Of a stretch of DNA of 64,000 nt, positions 55,406-64,000 are shown piece by piece. The position numbers and the translations under genes were made by a program. Positions within the stretch are counted from its first letter, which is position 1; each line of letters begins with the position of its first letter. The stretch lies in the IMG/VR virus record IMGVR_UViG_3300044632_001003, positions 124,001-188,000 of that record; one strand, given 5' to 3'. Under the pieces are notes generated by a model, which was given only the letters and a program-made list of their open reading frames with translations, had not been told where the DNA came from and ran no database searches.

Positions 55406-56262
55406 ACTTCACCTCTAAGGGCTCTCAATATACCTTCTTCTAAAGAAATTTTAGGAGTGTAAAAACTTAGCATTTTTGATGGATCACAAACCCGATATTG
55501 AACTCCAACAGGAGCAGTTGGAATATGATTCGGAGTTGGACTATATCCTTTCAATGAAGTGACTAAAGAAAACAGTTCATTGAAAGAAGTAGCAATGCCC
55601 CAACCAAGATTTACAGGACCTTGAATATCCTCTTTGATTGCAGTATCTACTGCTTCAATTATATCATGCATATGAATAAAATCCCTAACCTGATTTCCAT
55701 CTCCCCATATATCAAATGGGTCTGCAAGATTTCTAGCTCTATTAATATAAGATGGGAAAGGATAATCTAAATCTTGGTCGGTTCCATATCCACTAAAAGG
55801 TCTAAAGACATTAATCTTTATACCTTCTGCTTCTAAAAACTGCATCAAAAATTCACCCGTCAATTTAGACCAACCATAAGTCATATCAGGGTTATTGATA
55901 TCTGATAAATCAATATCAGTTTCCTTTAATTGATACTTCTGTGTCTGCAGTTTGGTTGGATAGGCAGCAGAAGATGAAAAGTAAATAATGCGTGTTGGTT
56001 TAGTTCGAAGTGCCCACTGACACATTTCGGAATCAATAGAAAGGTCAGTTGCTACTGATAAAGGATTATGTTCGATTGTCTGACGACCACCAACGATTGC
56101 TGCTAGATGGACTACTAAATCAAACTTATCCTCTGAAGTCTTGAAGTAATCTCTACAATCATTGCCATCTTTAATATCGATACCAACAATATCATGATCA
56201 ACATACTTCCTCATGAAGTATTTTCCGACAAATCCTTTATGTCCTGTGATTAATATTTTCAT
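55402..56262 (-). CDS. NAD-dependent epimerase/dehydratase
   Basis: TGHKGFVG, YGWSK, RPFSGYG, RDFIH. Confidence 0.9.
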   Translation of the reverse strand: MKILITGHKGFVGKYFMRKYVDHDIVGIDIKDGNDCRDYFKTSEDKFDLVVHLAAIVGGRQTIEHNPLSVATDLSIDSEMCQWALRTKPTRIIYFSSSAAYPTKLQTQKYQLKETDIDLSDINNPDMTYGWSKLTGEFLMQFLEAEGIKINVFRPFSGYGTDQDLDYPFPSYINRARNLADPFDIWGDGNQVRDFIHMHDIIEAVDTAIKEDIQGPVNLGWGIATSFNELFSLVTSLKGYSPTPNHIPTAPVGVQYRVCDPSKMLSFYTPKISLEEGILRALRGEV

Positions 56263-56954
56263 GCTCTGAGTTCAGAATGATTTTTCTTTAGGGCAATAAT
56301 TTTAGGAGCAAAGGGATAATCTGGATTTCCCATTTGTTCTTCGGCAAAACAATACGAAGGTGTCAGACTCAAAGTGGGTGGATTATCAATCAGGTAACGA
56401 TTCATCTGTGACTCATCATGCCACAAAGCAATCACACCATTCTCAAGGTCTTTAGTCACACGGTCTGCAAGAACCTCTGCCATCTCAAGAAATCTTTTAG
56501 TAGATCCACCATTGAATCCACCAGCGTAATAGTCCTCTCCTTCCTCACCCACAGGGACGTATGCCAGCGACTGTGGGTTTCTATCGTAAGACCTCTGCTC
56601 CTTAGGATAGAAGGACTGGTAGGGGTGCTGAGTGGCAACCAGGTCGCTTAGAACCTCATCACCAACCTTATCTACCAGACCCATATCCACATCAAAGTAG
56701 AAGCAATAATCAAACTGAGAGATAAACTCTTTTTCTTTTACAAAGTAGTTGTATCTCTTCAGAGTTGGCATTGGCCAAGGTTCGTGGTCAATCTGACAAA
56801 CTCGCACATTGTCAGATGCTTCAACTTCATGGTCTGTGAAAAGCAAACACTCAATCTCATGTCCATTGAGAAAGTTCTCTTCAATATTATCAAGAAGTCT
56901 TTCAACGAACTGAATATACTTGTTTGTTGCAATGGTCAGGATACAGATTTTCAT
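56259..56954 (-). CDS. Glycosyltransferase family 6 (ABO-type alpha-1,3-Gal/GalNAc transferase-like)
   Basis: IATNKY, FDVDM, QHP, YYAGGFNGG, WHDESQMN. Confidence 0.9.
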   Translation of the reverse strand: MKICILTIATNKYIQFVERLLDNIEENFLNGHEIECLLFTDHEVEASDNVRVCQIDHEPWPMPTLKRYNYFVKEKEFISQFDYCFYFDVDMGLVDKVGDEVLSDLVATQHPYQSFYPKEQRSYDRNPQSLAYVPVGEEGEDYYAGGFNGGSTKRFLEMAEVLADRVTKDLENGVIALWHDESQMNRYLIDNPPTLSLTPSYCFAEEQMGNPDYPFAPKIIALKKNHSELRA

Positions 56955-56955
56955 C

Positions 56956-57684
56956 TTACACCTCAATATAATTTACATTATCAAAAACAAAAAATCCCTT
57001 GTCTTTATGTTCTTGAACGGTTCCATGTAAAAAGCAATTGAGATTTACTTCGGAACCATACTTATATTTAATCGCTGCTGCCATGGAGTTTCCTCCAGAG
57101 TAGAGACAGAAATAATCCTTTGCACTATGAATGATATCAGCATACTGGAAAATACTCTCAATCTCAAGAGGATTATTTTCAAATTCAAATCCACCTGAAA
57201 GTGAAAGTGAATTTACATTTTTAAAAGTTACCAATAATGCATCATCAGGAATAGAAGATTCTACCAATGAAAATAATTTATCAGCATCATAAAATTCACC
57301 GACATCATTCTTCAATAAAGTATGTGCAGACAAATCAACAATCGTCTTATCTCTATATTCCTCTAAAAGATTTGGTTGATAATAGATTTCAGGATATCTA
57401 CCGTCACCTGCAAATCCATGCCGAATTTCTGCAGCAGAAACAATGTTGTCTGTTGTTCCATTTTTAAGATCGGGAGCACATGAACCAATGTTTGCATGAT
57501 TGGTTGCAACACCTTTTACATAAGGATTGTCTCTCCAACAAAATTCATAAATCTCAGGGTTTCTATATGTATTGTCAGCACTGATATAAAAATTATATCC
57601 CTTTTCTGCATACAATTTAGGTAGGGTAGTGAATTGAAGATTGTCACCTAATCCACCCCAAGGTTGTCCAAAAAATACGTTCAT
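56956..57684 (-). CDS. Putative glycosyltransferase
   Basis: GGLGDNLQFTTLP N-terminal motif; NPY; YSG. Confidence 0.55.
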   Translation of the reverse strand: MNVFFGQPWGGLGDNLQFTTLPKLYAEKGYNFYISADNTYRNPEIYEFCWRDNPYVKGVATNHANIGSCAPDLKNGTTDNIVSAAEIRHGFAGDGRYPEIYYQPNLLEEYRDKTIVDLSAHTLLKNDVGEFYDADKLFSLVESSIPDDALLVTFKNVNSLSLSGGFEFENNPLEIESIFQYADIIHSAKDYFCLYSGGNSMAAAIKYKYGSEVNLNCFLHGTVQEHKDKGFFVFDNVNYIEV

Positions 57685-58373
57685 TTTCCTTTATTTACAA
57701 AGATAAAATCTGTTCCGAAATGAACTCCAGTATTTCCATAAGCCCTATAGAAATTGTGAGTTTTCAAAAAATTATTTACATCATCAAAAAGACACTGCCC
57801 ATCATACATTGGATTAATCTCCAACTCTGTATGAATCACCTGAACAGTTGAAAGAAGTTTTTCGCCCATTGATTCTAATGCAATTAACTCAGCACCCTGA
57901 AGGTCCATCCACATCAAATCAATATTCTCAATTCCATTTTCTTCACAAAAAGAATCTAGTCTCACACAATCAACTTCCAATTCTTTTTGGACGTATTTTT
58001 CAATATGGTCATATGTGCCATTTGCTTTATAAAGACTAGATGCACCTCTATTTCCATCAAACCAAGGAGTAACAGTTTTCTCAGGGTCAATAGGATAAAA
58101 AGTGCATATTCCATTGTAACTATTCACAGCTTTATTAATGACTGTAATGTTATCAATGTCTTTGGTATTCTCTAAACAAACTTGATAAGAATCTGGGTTT
58201 GCTTCAAATGCAAATATCCTTGCATTCTTATATCGTTTGGAGAATTCAATAGACTCCAAACAATGCAAAGAACCAACATCAAAAATTACAGAAACCTCAT
58301 TTGGATCTCTGAATTTTTGGTTGGCAAAAGTATAAAATGTATCTAAAGATGAGACTTGGTACTGGGTTGTCAT
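57681..58373 (-). CDS. FkbM family methyltransferase
   Basis: IFDVGS, FAFEAN, RLDSF, IDLMWMDLQGAE. Confidence 0.9.
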   Translation of the reverse strand: MTTQYQVSSLDTFYTFANQKFRDPNEVSVIFDVGSLHCLESIEFSKRYKNARIFAFEANPDSYQVCLENTKDIDNITVINKAVNSYNGICTFYPIDPEKTVTPWFDGNRGASSLYKANGTYDHIEKYVQKELEVDCVRLDSFCEENGIENIDLMWMDLQGAELIALESMGEKLLSTVQVIHTELEINPMYDGQCLFDDVNNFLKTHNFYRAYGNTGVHFGTDFIFVNKGK

Positions 58374-58699
58374 TTAAAAAAGTCTTTGTCCGAAATTGCT
58401 TTATCATCAATATAATAATCACCGAAGGGTTTCCCTAACATAAGATTAGTAAATTTACAACCCCAGGAAACTAACTGATCATATGTTTCATTATAACATG
58501 CATCATATGCTATTCTAACAGAGTTTTTACCTCTGCCCATACCTCTTGCAGTGAAGTATATAATAGTATGCCCATCATCATACAATGAATTAACTTTAGC
58601 AATCCTATCATAGAAAGGTTCTGCTAAAGAATAATCACCATATGTTTGAGTGCATATGGTGTTATCAATATCTACAATATATGTTTTCAGTTCAGCCAT
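58370..58699 (-). CDS. HAD-family capsule-biosynthesis phosphatase
   Basis: DIDNTI, FTARG, KP.GDYYIDDK. Confidence 0.85.
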   Translation of the reverse strand: MAELKTYIVDIDNTICTQTYGDYSLAEPFYDRIAKVNSLYDDGHTIIYFTARGMGRGKNSVRIAYDACYNETYDQLVSWGCKFTNLMLGKPFGDYYIDDKAISDKDFFK

Positions 58700-59358
58700 G
58701 CAGAGAAGTCCTTATCAAAGCGTTCGATTGCTTCAGTGCTCTTAGGATGCTCAACCATCTCAAGAATAACGGGAAGACCAGTCGTTACGATATCGGCACC
58801 TTCTTTCCAAGCATCAGAAACATCAGTTTGAGTACGGATACTGCCAGCGATAATCTCACAATCTAGGGCGTTCTCATAAATGTAATTCTTGGTTCGGTCA
58901 AGAACCTTTGCAACATCTCCACCATGCTGCTTCAGGCGGCAGTAAAAGAGAGAAACGTAATGAGCACCAGCAGAAGCACACAGTTGCAGTTGCTGCTCAC
59001 TGTAGCAAGCAGTGGCATTGATTTGCACACCTGCCTTGGAAACAGTTTTGATTGCACGAAGACCATCAAATCCAACTGGAATTTTCACATGAAACTTATT
59101 GCAAAGAGGATAAAACCTTTCATACATTTCACTTGCTTGACGAACCATGCCCTCATAATCTAGGGCAAACACTTCAGCACTCAGAGAAAGATCTTCACTA
59201 CCACAATACTCAGCAAGTTTTTGAATTAGTGCATCAAAACTTCCCTTTGGTTCTTTAGCAATAATGGAAGGGTTGGTTGTTACACCTTGAATGGCACCCA
59301 TTTCATTTGCTTTAATAATTTCATCAAGATTAGCTGTATCAGCAAAAAGATAGTTCAT
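58687..59358 (-). CDS. talC: Transaldolase (TalC/Fsa family)
   Basis: DTAN, GVTTNPS, SAEV, VKIP, YVSLF, AGSIR. Confidence 0.88.
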   Translation of the reverse strand: MNYLFADTANLDEIIKANEMGAIQGVTTNPSIIAKEPKGSFDALIQKLAEYCGSEDLSLSAEVFALDYEGMVRQASEMYERFYPLCNKFHVKIPVGFDGLRAIKTVSKAGVQINATACYSEQQLQLCASAGAHYVSLFYCRLKQHGGDVAKVLDRTKNYIYENALDCEIIAGSIRTQTDVSDAWKEGADIVTTGLPVILEMVEHPKSTEAIERFDKDFSAWLN

Positions 59359-59780
59359 TCGTCCTCTTTAAATACGTAGGTTTTTCCATCTTCAACGATG
59401 TTTGAATCTTCATCATCGTCTTTATTTGACCATTCTACCACAATAGTATCCTCCAATGCAATACGCATATGCATCAAACCAGGAGGAATATGAAATACAT
59501 CTCCTGCTTCTAAAATGATAGATTTATTTTTGGCACGACCAATTCTCATACCAACTTTAAGTTTTCCAGATTGAATATAATAATATTCATCTTTAGTGAC
59601 GTGATACTCCATACTACTTTGAGTACCCGCTTTCATAAAGACTTCTTTTAAGGTAAAGTCATCAGTAGCAAATACGGTAGTGATGTATCCCCAATACTTC
59701 TCTCTTTTTTCTTCACACTTAAGTACAAGAGGAAGTTCTTGCCTCCCGTAACTATTGTCCGTAGTATTTGTTGATTCCAT
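59355..59780 (-). CDS. Cupin (mannose-6-phosphate isomerase type 2-like)
   Basis: KYWG, SMEYH..KDEYY, HIPPGLMHMR. Confidence 0.8.
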   Translation of the reverse strand: MESTNTTDNSYGRQELPLVLKCEEKREKYWGYITTVFATDDFTLKEVFMKAGTQSSMEYHVTKDEYYYIQSGKLKVGMRIGRAKNKSIILEAGDVFHIPPGLMHMRIALEDTIVVEWSNKDDDEDSNIVEDGKTYVFKEDE

Positions 59781-60444
59781 TCTTTCGTTCAAAATGTTTT
59801 TTATACAAGTCTCTACTCAATCTACATGGTTGAATATGTGGATTGATTGAGGTGGTGTAGTAAGCCATTTCAGCAATTTCCTCTAACACTATAGCACATT
59901 CTAGTGTTCTTTTAGATGAATCTGAGAATACCATAACACCATGCCCAGGCAAAAGGATGGCAGGTATGTTAAGTGGATTTATTTTCTTAGATTGATAAAA
60001 ATCAACTACGCACTGTCCCAGATTCTTTTCATATTCATCAAGTTCAAACTTTTCTAGTTGTCTAGCAACTGGAATATCAGATAGAAAGTAATCGGCGTGA
60101 GTTGTCCCTAAAATAGGAATTGGTTTAAGTGCCTGTGCCCATGAAGTTGCAAACTTTGAATGACTATGAATAACTGATTTAATCTCTGGAAATGCCTTAT
60201 AAATTTCCAAATGAATTGCTGTATCGACAGAGGGTTTCATACCAGAAATTAATTTTCCAGTATAAAGTTCGACAATACAAAGTTGGCTAAACGTAAGTTT
60301 ATCAAACTCAATCCCAGAAGGTTTAATAACAATATGCTTACCATCTTCAGTAAGCACACTGGCATTTCCCCAAGTTAGTTTGACTAAACTGTTTTCCTTT
60401 AAACTTTTGTTCAGAGATAAACAATCTTCAATTGCCTTATTCAT
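59752..60444 (-). CDS. araD: L-ribulose-5-phosphate 4-epimerase-like class II aldolase
   Basis: TWGNAS, IKPSG, KPSVDTAIH, HSHS, GTTHADYF, HG. Confidence 0.88.
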   Translation of the reverse strand: MNKAIEDCLSLNKSLKENSLVKLTWGNASVLTEDGKHIVIKPSGIEFDKLTFSQLCIVELYTGKLISGMKPSVDTAIHLEIYKAFPEIKSVIHSHSKFATSWAQALKPIPILGTTHADYFLSDIPVARQLEKFELDEYEKNLGQCVVDFYQSKKINPLNIPAILLPGHGVMVFSDSSKRTLECAIVLEEIAEMAYYTTSINPHIQPCRLSRDLYKKHFERKNGINKYYGQ

Positions 60445-61213
60445 GTAATGGTTTAGATACAAATTCAGCGGCGACTTGGTTAGCAAAAACTGGGTCACCA
60501 GTTGCTAGAAGAGCTGCATAAAAACAATCTCCTGCACCAATAGTATTTACCACATTTTCCACAGGCGTTGCTGGATAATTAACACCGTTCATCATGCAAC
60601 CATCTGCACCTTTTGTTACACAGATATTTGTTACCCGATCTACGTGTTTTGCTTCCTCTTGATTACAGACTAAGTAATCAACCGCCCAATACCTATCATA
60701 GTTTGATGTCTTACTCGATACCTGAGAAGAGGCATATGTAATTTTTCCAGAATCAGTTGCATGTTTGATGAATGATTCTGTAATAAATCCACAACGGTAA
60801 TCAGCAAAAGCAATGATATCAAACTCATCAATATCAAAATTTTCTAAGAACGATTTTGAAAACTCATTATTGACATCATTAACTTGTAGATGATTGTATC
60901 GACTATCTCCATGATTAACCCAGTATCTTGTTTTAGTATTATTACGACCCTGGAAAAAACTTTTTACTGGGAGATCATAATGCAACTCAAAAGTATCACA
61001 GTCTTTATCAGACATTGATGTTGCAAATGTTACGTCTCTACCAAATCCACGAAGAAACTTGGCAACATTAGCAGCGCCACCAAAATCATAACTGTGCTCT
61101 TCAATTACCGTTTTGATTGTTGGAGACTCTAGTGATAGTCCGATTGCCCTAAGTTCTAGAGTTTCATCAATGATGGTATCACCAACAATTAGATACTTTA
61201 AATTTTCTCGCAT
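60437..61213 (-). CDS. PfkB-family sugar kinase (HldE kinase-like)
   Basis: VGDTIID, GGAANVA, VTKGADG, IGAGD. Confidence 0.85.
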   Translation of the reverse strand: MRENLKYLIVGDTIIDETLELRAIGLSLESPTIKTVIEEHSYDFGGAANVAKFLRGFGRDVTFATSMSDKDCDTFELHYDLPVKSFFQGRNNTKTRYWVNHGDSRYNHLQVNDVNNEFSKSFLENFDIDEFDIIAFADYRCGFITESFIKHATDSGKITYASSQVSSKTSNYDRYWAVDYLVCNQEEAKHVDRVTNICVTKGADGCMMNGVNYPATPVENVVNTIGAGDCFYAALLATGDPVFANQVAAEFVSKPLHE

Positions 61214-62058
61214 GTTTCAAGTTCTCTAATTTTTTGCATGGTATTGGTTGTGGAATAGTCTCCAACCAAAGGATAAACTTTAACTTGTATAGACTCTGGA
61301 ATACAGTCTCTGCTTCTTACTTCATCAGCAGTCCATTCAGAACCCTTAACAATTACATCTGGAGAGAGTGTTTGATAGAATTCTTGAAGTTCTTCAGTTG
61401 AATCAAAAATGATGACTTCATCAACATAACGATTTGTCTCAAGAACCCTTCTACGATCTTCTTCATTATTAACAGGTCGATTGTCACCTTTGAGTTGTTT
61501 TACTCTGCGGTCAGAATCAATAGCAACAATCAGTTTTGTTCCCTGCAATCTAGCAAACTTCAAAAGTTCAATATGGCCCTTATGAAGGATATCAAAAACT
61601 CCATTTGTTAAAACAATGCCAGTATGTGAATCAATCTTTTCAACACGCTTGACATGACGACCTTCTCCCCATGCTTCATCTAACCACATTTTGCTCATCT
61701 CTCTCATTTCAATCTGAGAAGACAACCACGTACCCAAACAAAGAACATTGGAATCATTATGCTCTCTAGACTTAACCGCAGTGAGTTCATTATGAGCTAG
61801 AACAGCACGGACACCAGCAAAACGATTTGCAACGATACTCATACCAACACCAGTTCCACAGATAAGGATACCTCGGTCCGCCTCACGATTACTCACAATT
61901 GTAGATAACTGAGCTGCATAATCAACATAATCGACACTCACATCAGAAGTATAAGGTCCAATATCAATAACCCGATATCCTTCTCCCTTAAGATACATCT
62001 TTAGTTGTTCTTTGTTCTCGACCCCATTATGGTCAGAAGAAATAATGATCGTTTTCAT
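61198..62058 (-). CDS. RpiB/LacAB isomerase fused to a HldE-type nucleotidyltransferase
   Basis: SDH.G, DYVDYA, CGTGVGM, HNDSNVL; then GVFDILHKGH, KGSEW. Confidence 0.88.
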   Translation of the reverse strand: MKTIIISSDHNGVENKEQLKMYLKGEGYRVIDIGPYTSDVSVDYVDYAAQLSTIVSNREADRGILICGTGVGMSIVANRFAGVRAVLAHNELTAVKSREHNDSNVLCLGTWLSSQIEMREMSKMWLDEAWGEGRHVKRVEKIDSHTGIVLTNGVFDILHKGHIELLKFARLQGTKLIVAIDSDRRVKQLKGDNRPVNNEEDRRRVLETNRYVDEVIIFDSTEELQEFYQTLSPDVIVKGSEWTADEVRSRDCIPESIQVKVYPLVGDYSTTNTMQKIRELETCEKI

Positions 62059-62855
62059 AGAAATTCAAAGTTACCAAATGGATAATCAACTGTTGATTTA
62101 TTATAGCATTCTCCACCAAACCAATTTTTGGGGGCAATTACTTTTTTACTTTTTGCTAACCATGCACCCCACCAAGAGAATGATGAATTTGCAATGATGT
62201 GATAATCGCATAATGACATTAAGCAAAGATCAGCATCGGTTGTGTTTTCTTCTGATATCAAAAACCTATCATCTTTAAATAAATCCTGCTCTTTACACCA
62301 AGATTCATCATCAGAAAAAACAATAACAGGAAGTTCTGGTAGTTTAGAAAGTGCTTCCTGATAATAACTAATTGGTTGCACAGGATGATTTGGATTAGAG
62401 GTATAATCTCCTCTACGAATATGTAAAGAGATTACTTCACTATCAAAATTTTCTTTAAGAAATTCTTTACAATTAGAATACAACTCTTCATTAAATCTAA
62501 AGTCTTCTCGTATCTCATCTTCAATATGCTTGAAGTATTTTTCGGTTTGAAAGTATCCCATTAAATCTACATTATCTGGGCAATTGATGAATAATTCCTC
62601 ATCAAATTCATGCTTTCTTTCCCAAAAAGTATTGGCATCCTGTAGAGCACAATCATTATTTTTTTCTATATTTTCAAAAACATCGTATAAAATAACATCA
62701 GAATTTTTGACATTATCATCATGCTGCCCAAAAACATATCTAGGTGGAATGATAAATCCATATCCCCTATTTCTAGCAATTCCTTTTAAAGAAGCATATT
62801 GAAACATTTGATTGGCAAGTCTTCCAAGATTGCCAATATGATTGAGTGATATCAT
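62055..62855 (-). CDS. Alpha-1,2-fucosyltransferase (GT11)
   Basis: GRLANQMFQYA, GYFQ, HIRRGDY, VFSDD, NSSFSWWGA. Confidence 0.93.
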   Translation of the reverse strand: MISLNHIGNLGRLANQMFQYASLKGIARNRGYGFIIPPRYVFGQHDDNVKNSDVILYDVFENIEKNNDCALQDANTFWERKHEFDEELFINCPDNVDLMGYFQTEKYFKHIEDEIREDFRFNEELYSNCKEFLKENFDSEVISLHIRRGDYTSNPNHPVQPISYYQEALSKLPELPVIVFSDDESWCKEQDLFKDDRFLISEENTTDADLCLMSLCDYHIIANSSFSWWGAWLAKSKKVIAPKNWFGGECYNKSTVDYPFGNFEFL

Positions 62856-63439
62856 ACTTTATAATTAAATGAAATAGTAACTCTTGGATCAGTATTAAGA
62901 CCAGGAGGAACCATATGAACAGTGGATGATTGAAAAATTAACAAAGAACGTTCAACTGGTTCTATAGAATATGAATCTGAATTATACTCATTTCTGATAG
63001 AATGTGGGGTACAGTAATAAAAATTAGGATGGTGAAATACTATAGGTGCAGATCCCTCTGGTCTTTTACAGAAATATACTCCACTAATAGAAGATGGTAA
63101 ATGATGATGAAACTCTTGACTGTTTTTATTAGTATAAACATTCCACCACCACTCACTTAAAAAGAATTTATGATGGTCACAATTTAAAAATTTTGCGTAT
63201 TCATTAACTTTAGTATTGATTCTTTCAAATAGTAAGTCAAAAATTTTATTCTCATACCCAATATTAAATGAATTTTGTGGGCTATTTGCTCCCGAATACC
63301 AGGAGTCTATCCCTCTACCTTTAACAACATCCTTTTCTTTTAGAATGTGTTGATATATTCTCATATTTTCTTCTTCAGAAATGAGATCGTATGACCGATA
63401 AACTGAAGTTGGAAACAATAAATGAATATTATCCTGCAC
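62852..63439 (-). CDS. 2OG-Fe(II) oxygenase (TIGR02466-like)
   Basis: LFPT, WWN, HHH..S.ISGVYF, H.V, RVTISFN; probable GTG start. Confidence 0.8.
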   Translation of the reverse strand: MQDNIHLLFPTSVYRSYDLISEEENMRIYQHILKEKDVVKGRGIDSWYSGANSPQNSFNIGYENKIFDLLFERINTKVNEYAKFLNCDHHKFFLSEWWWNVYTNKNSQEFHHHLPSSISGVYFCKRPEGSAPIVFHHPNFYYCTPHSIRNEYNSDSYSIEPVERSLLIFQSSTVHMVPPGLNTDPRVTISFNYKV

Positions 63440-63463
63440 AAATATATCACAATATATCAAATT

Positions 63464-63498
63464 ATTATAATAAAAAAGGGAGTTGTTGTCAACTCCCT
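63464..63498 (-). promoter_or_regulatory. Terminator + consensus sigma70 promoter for the sugar island
   Basis: GGGAGTTG-ACAA-CAACTCCC-T6; TTGACA-17-TATAAT. Confidence 0.85.
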
Positions 63499-63508
63499 TG
63501 ATTCTTTT

Positions 63509-63893
63509 CAGGCTCGCCACCAATTCTTTGACTGGAAATTGGAAACCAGGCGGGAGAGAGTCCCATCCGCACCACTTGCTTTTTTATGGGAAAGCAAGAA
63601 ACCAGAAGGGGTCAAATTTGACTCCACCACTTGGTTTTAAGAAACCAAGAAAAGTTGGGTTAACTTTGATATTTCGGTGATACCAAAGAATGCTATCAGA
63701 AATAGCACATCCCAGAGTTTGAGTTTGATAGCAAAAGGAATACCGAGTAGTCCCCCAATAAACTTTATTATCAAACCATTTTTGAAATCTCCCCACAACA
63801 TGATTTGATAACCAAGTAGGAGAAGAAAGTTCCCGATATACCTCAGGATACTTGTTTTAGACATAAGGGGTTTGCTCCCGACCAGTGCTGTTA
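63509..63893 (-). ncRNA. manA/wcaG-like cyanophage structured RNA
   Basis: Three TTTC-hairpin-GTGGYG units; 5' CACTGGTCGGGAGCAAACCCC; ACTGG complementary to loop CCAGT. Exact Rfam family uncertain. Confidence 0.6.
63637..63864 (-). CDS. 75-aa membrane protein inside the structured RNA
   Basis: Hydrophobic segments throughout; stop lies in the TTGGTTT/AACCAA hairpin loop. Confidence 0.65.
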   Translation of the reverse strand: MSKTSILRYIGNFLLLLGYQIMLWGDFKNGLIIKFIGGLLGIPFAIKLKLWDVLFLIAFFGITEISKLTQLFLVS

Positions 63894-64000
63894 TAGACCA
63901 TCCGTGTCTTCTTCATCGTCTCTTACATAACAAGGAACTCTATCTGGATCTAACCATTTCGCATACTCAATATCCTCCATTGCAGTAGAACATTGTAGAA
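63891..64000 (-). CDS. 3' end of a hypothetical protein (truncated by the window edge)
   Basis: LQCSTAMEDIEYAKWLDPDRVPCYVRDDEEDTDGL*. Confidence 0.65.
   Translation of the reverse strand, partial: LQCSTAMEDIEYAKWLDPDRVPCYVRDDEEDTDGL

Noticed and set aside
63584-63796. 70-aa alternative-frame ORF overlapping the 75-aa membrane ORF
   Set aside because: Starts internally and runs through RNA hairpins; composition is not protein-like
1-64000. tRNA or rRNA genes
   Set aside because: No cloverleaf with T-loop GTTCRA and matching D-arm noticed in the intergenic gaps; a tRNAscan/ARAGORN run would confirm

Overview
A 64-kb segment of a large T4-like cyanomyovirus (Kyanoviridae-type, probably infecting freshwater Synechococcus/Cyanobium). 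Almost all genes are on the minus strand except gp4-gp2-gp48-gp53. In order: baseplate/head-completion genes, gp32, gp59, gp33, a Cas4-like exonuclease, phoH and thyX; a small nitrogen-responsive unit; a glutaredoxin/glycan-modification cluster; three RCC1-like propeller proteins and a 2373-aa Gly-X-Gln collagen-like fibre; psbA, an Endo VII-type endonuclease and psbD; more virion proteins (subtilase, second collagen-like fibre); peroxiredoxin, two hli genes and ferredoxin; and a ~14-kb glycosyltransferase/sugar-nucleotide island. The best candidate for an undescribed system is at 9.8-10.6 kb. An NtcA-like box and a sigma70 promoter drive two tandem glutamine-riboswitch-like aptamers. Each aptamer has a small protein gene inside its P2 loop, with the start codon in the P2 stem, and a DUF4278 gene follows. 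A similar ORF-inside-RNA arrangement is seen in a manA/wcaG-like RNA at 63.5-63.9 kb. Also notable are an insertion that replaced the 3' end of gp59, and repeated terminators that contain a promoter. All family assignments are from motif recognition by eye; no database searches were run.
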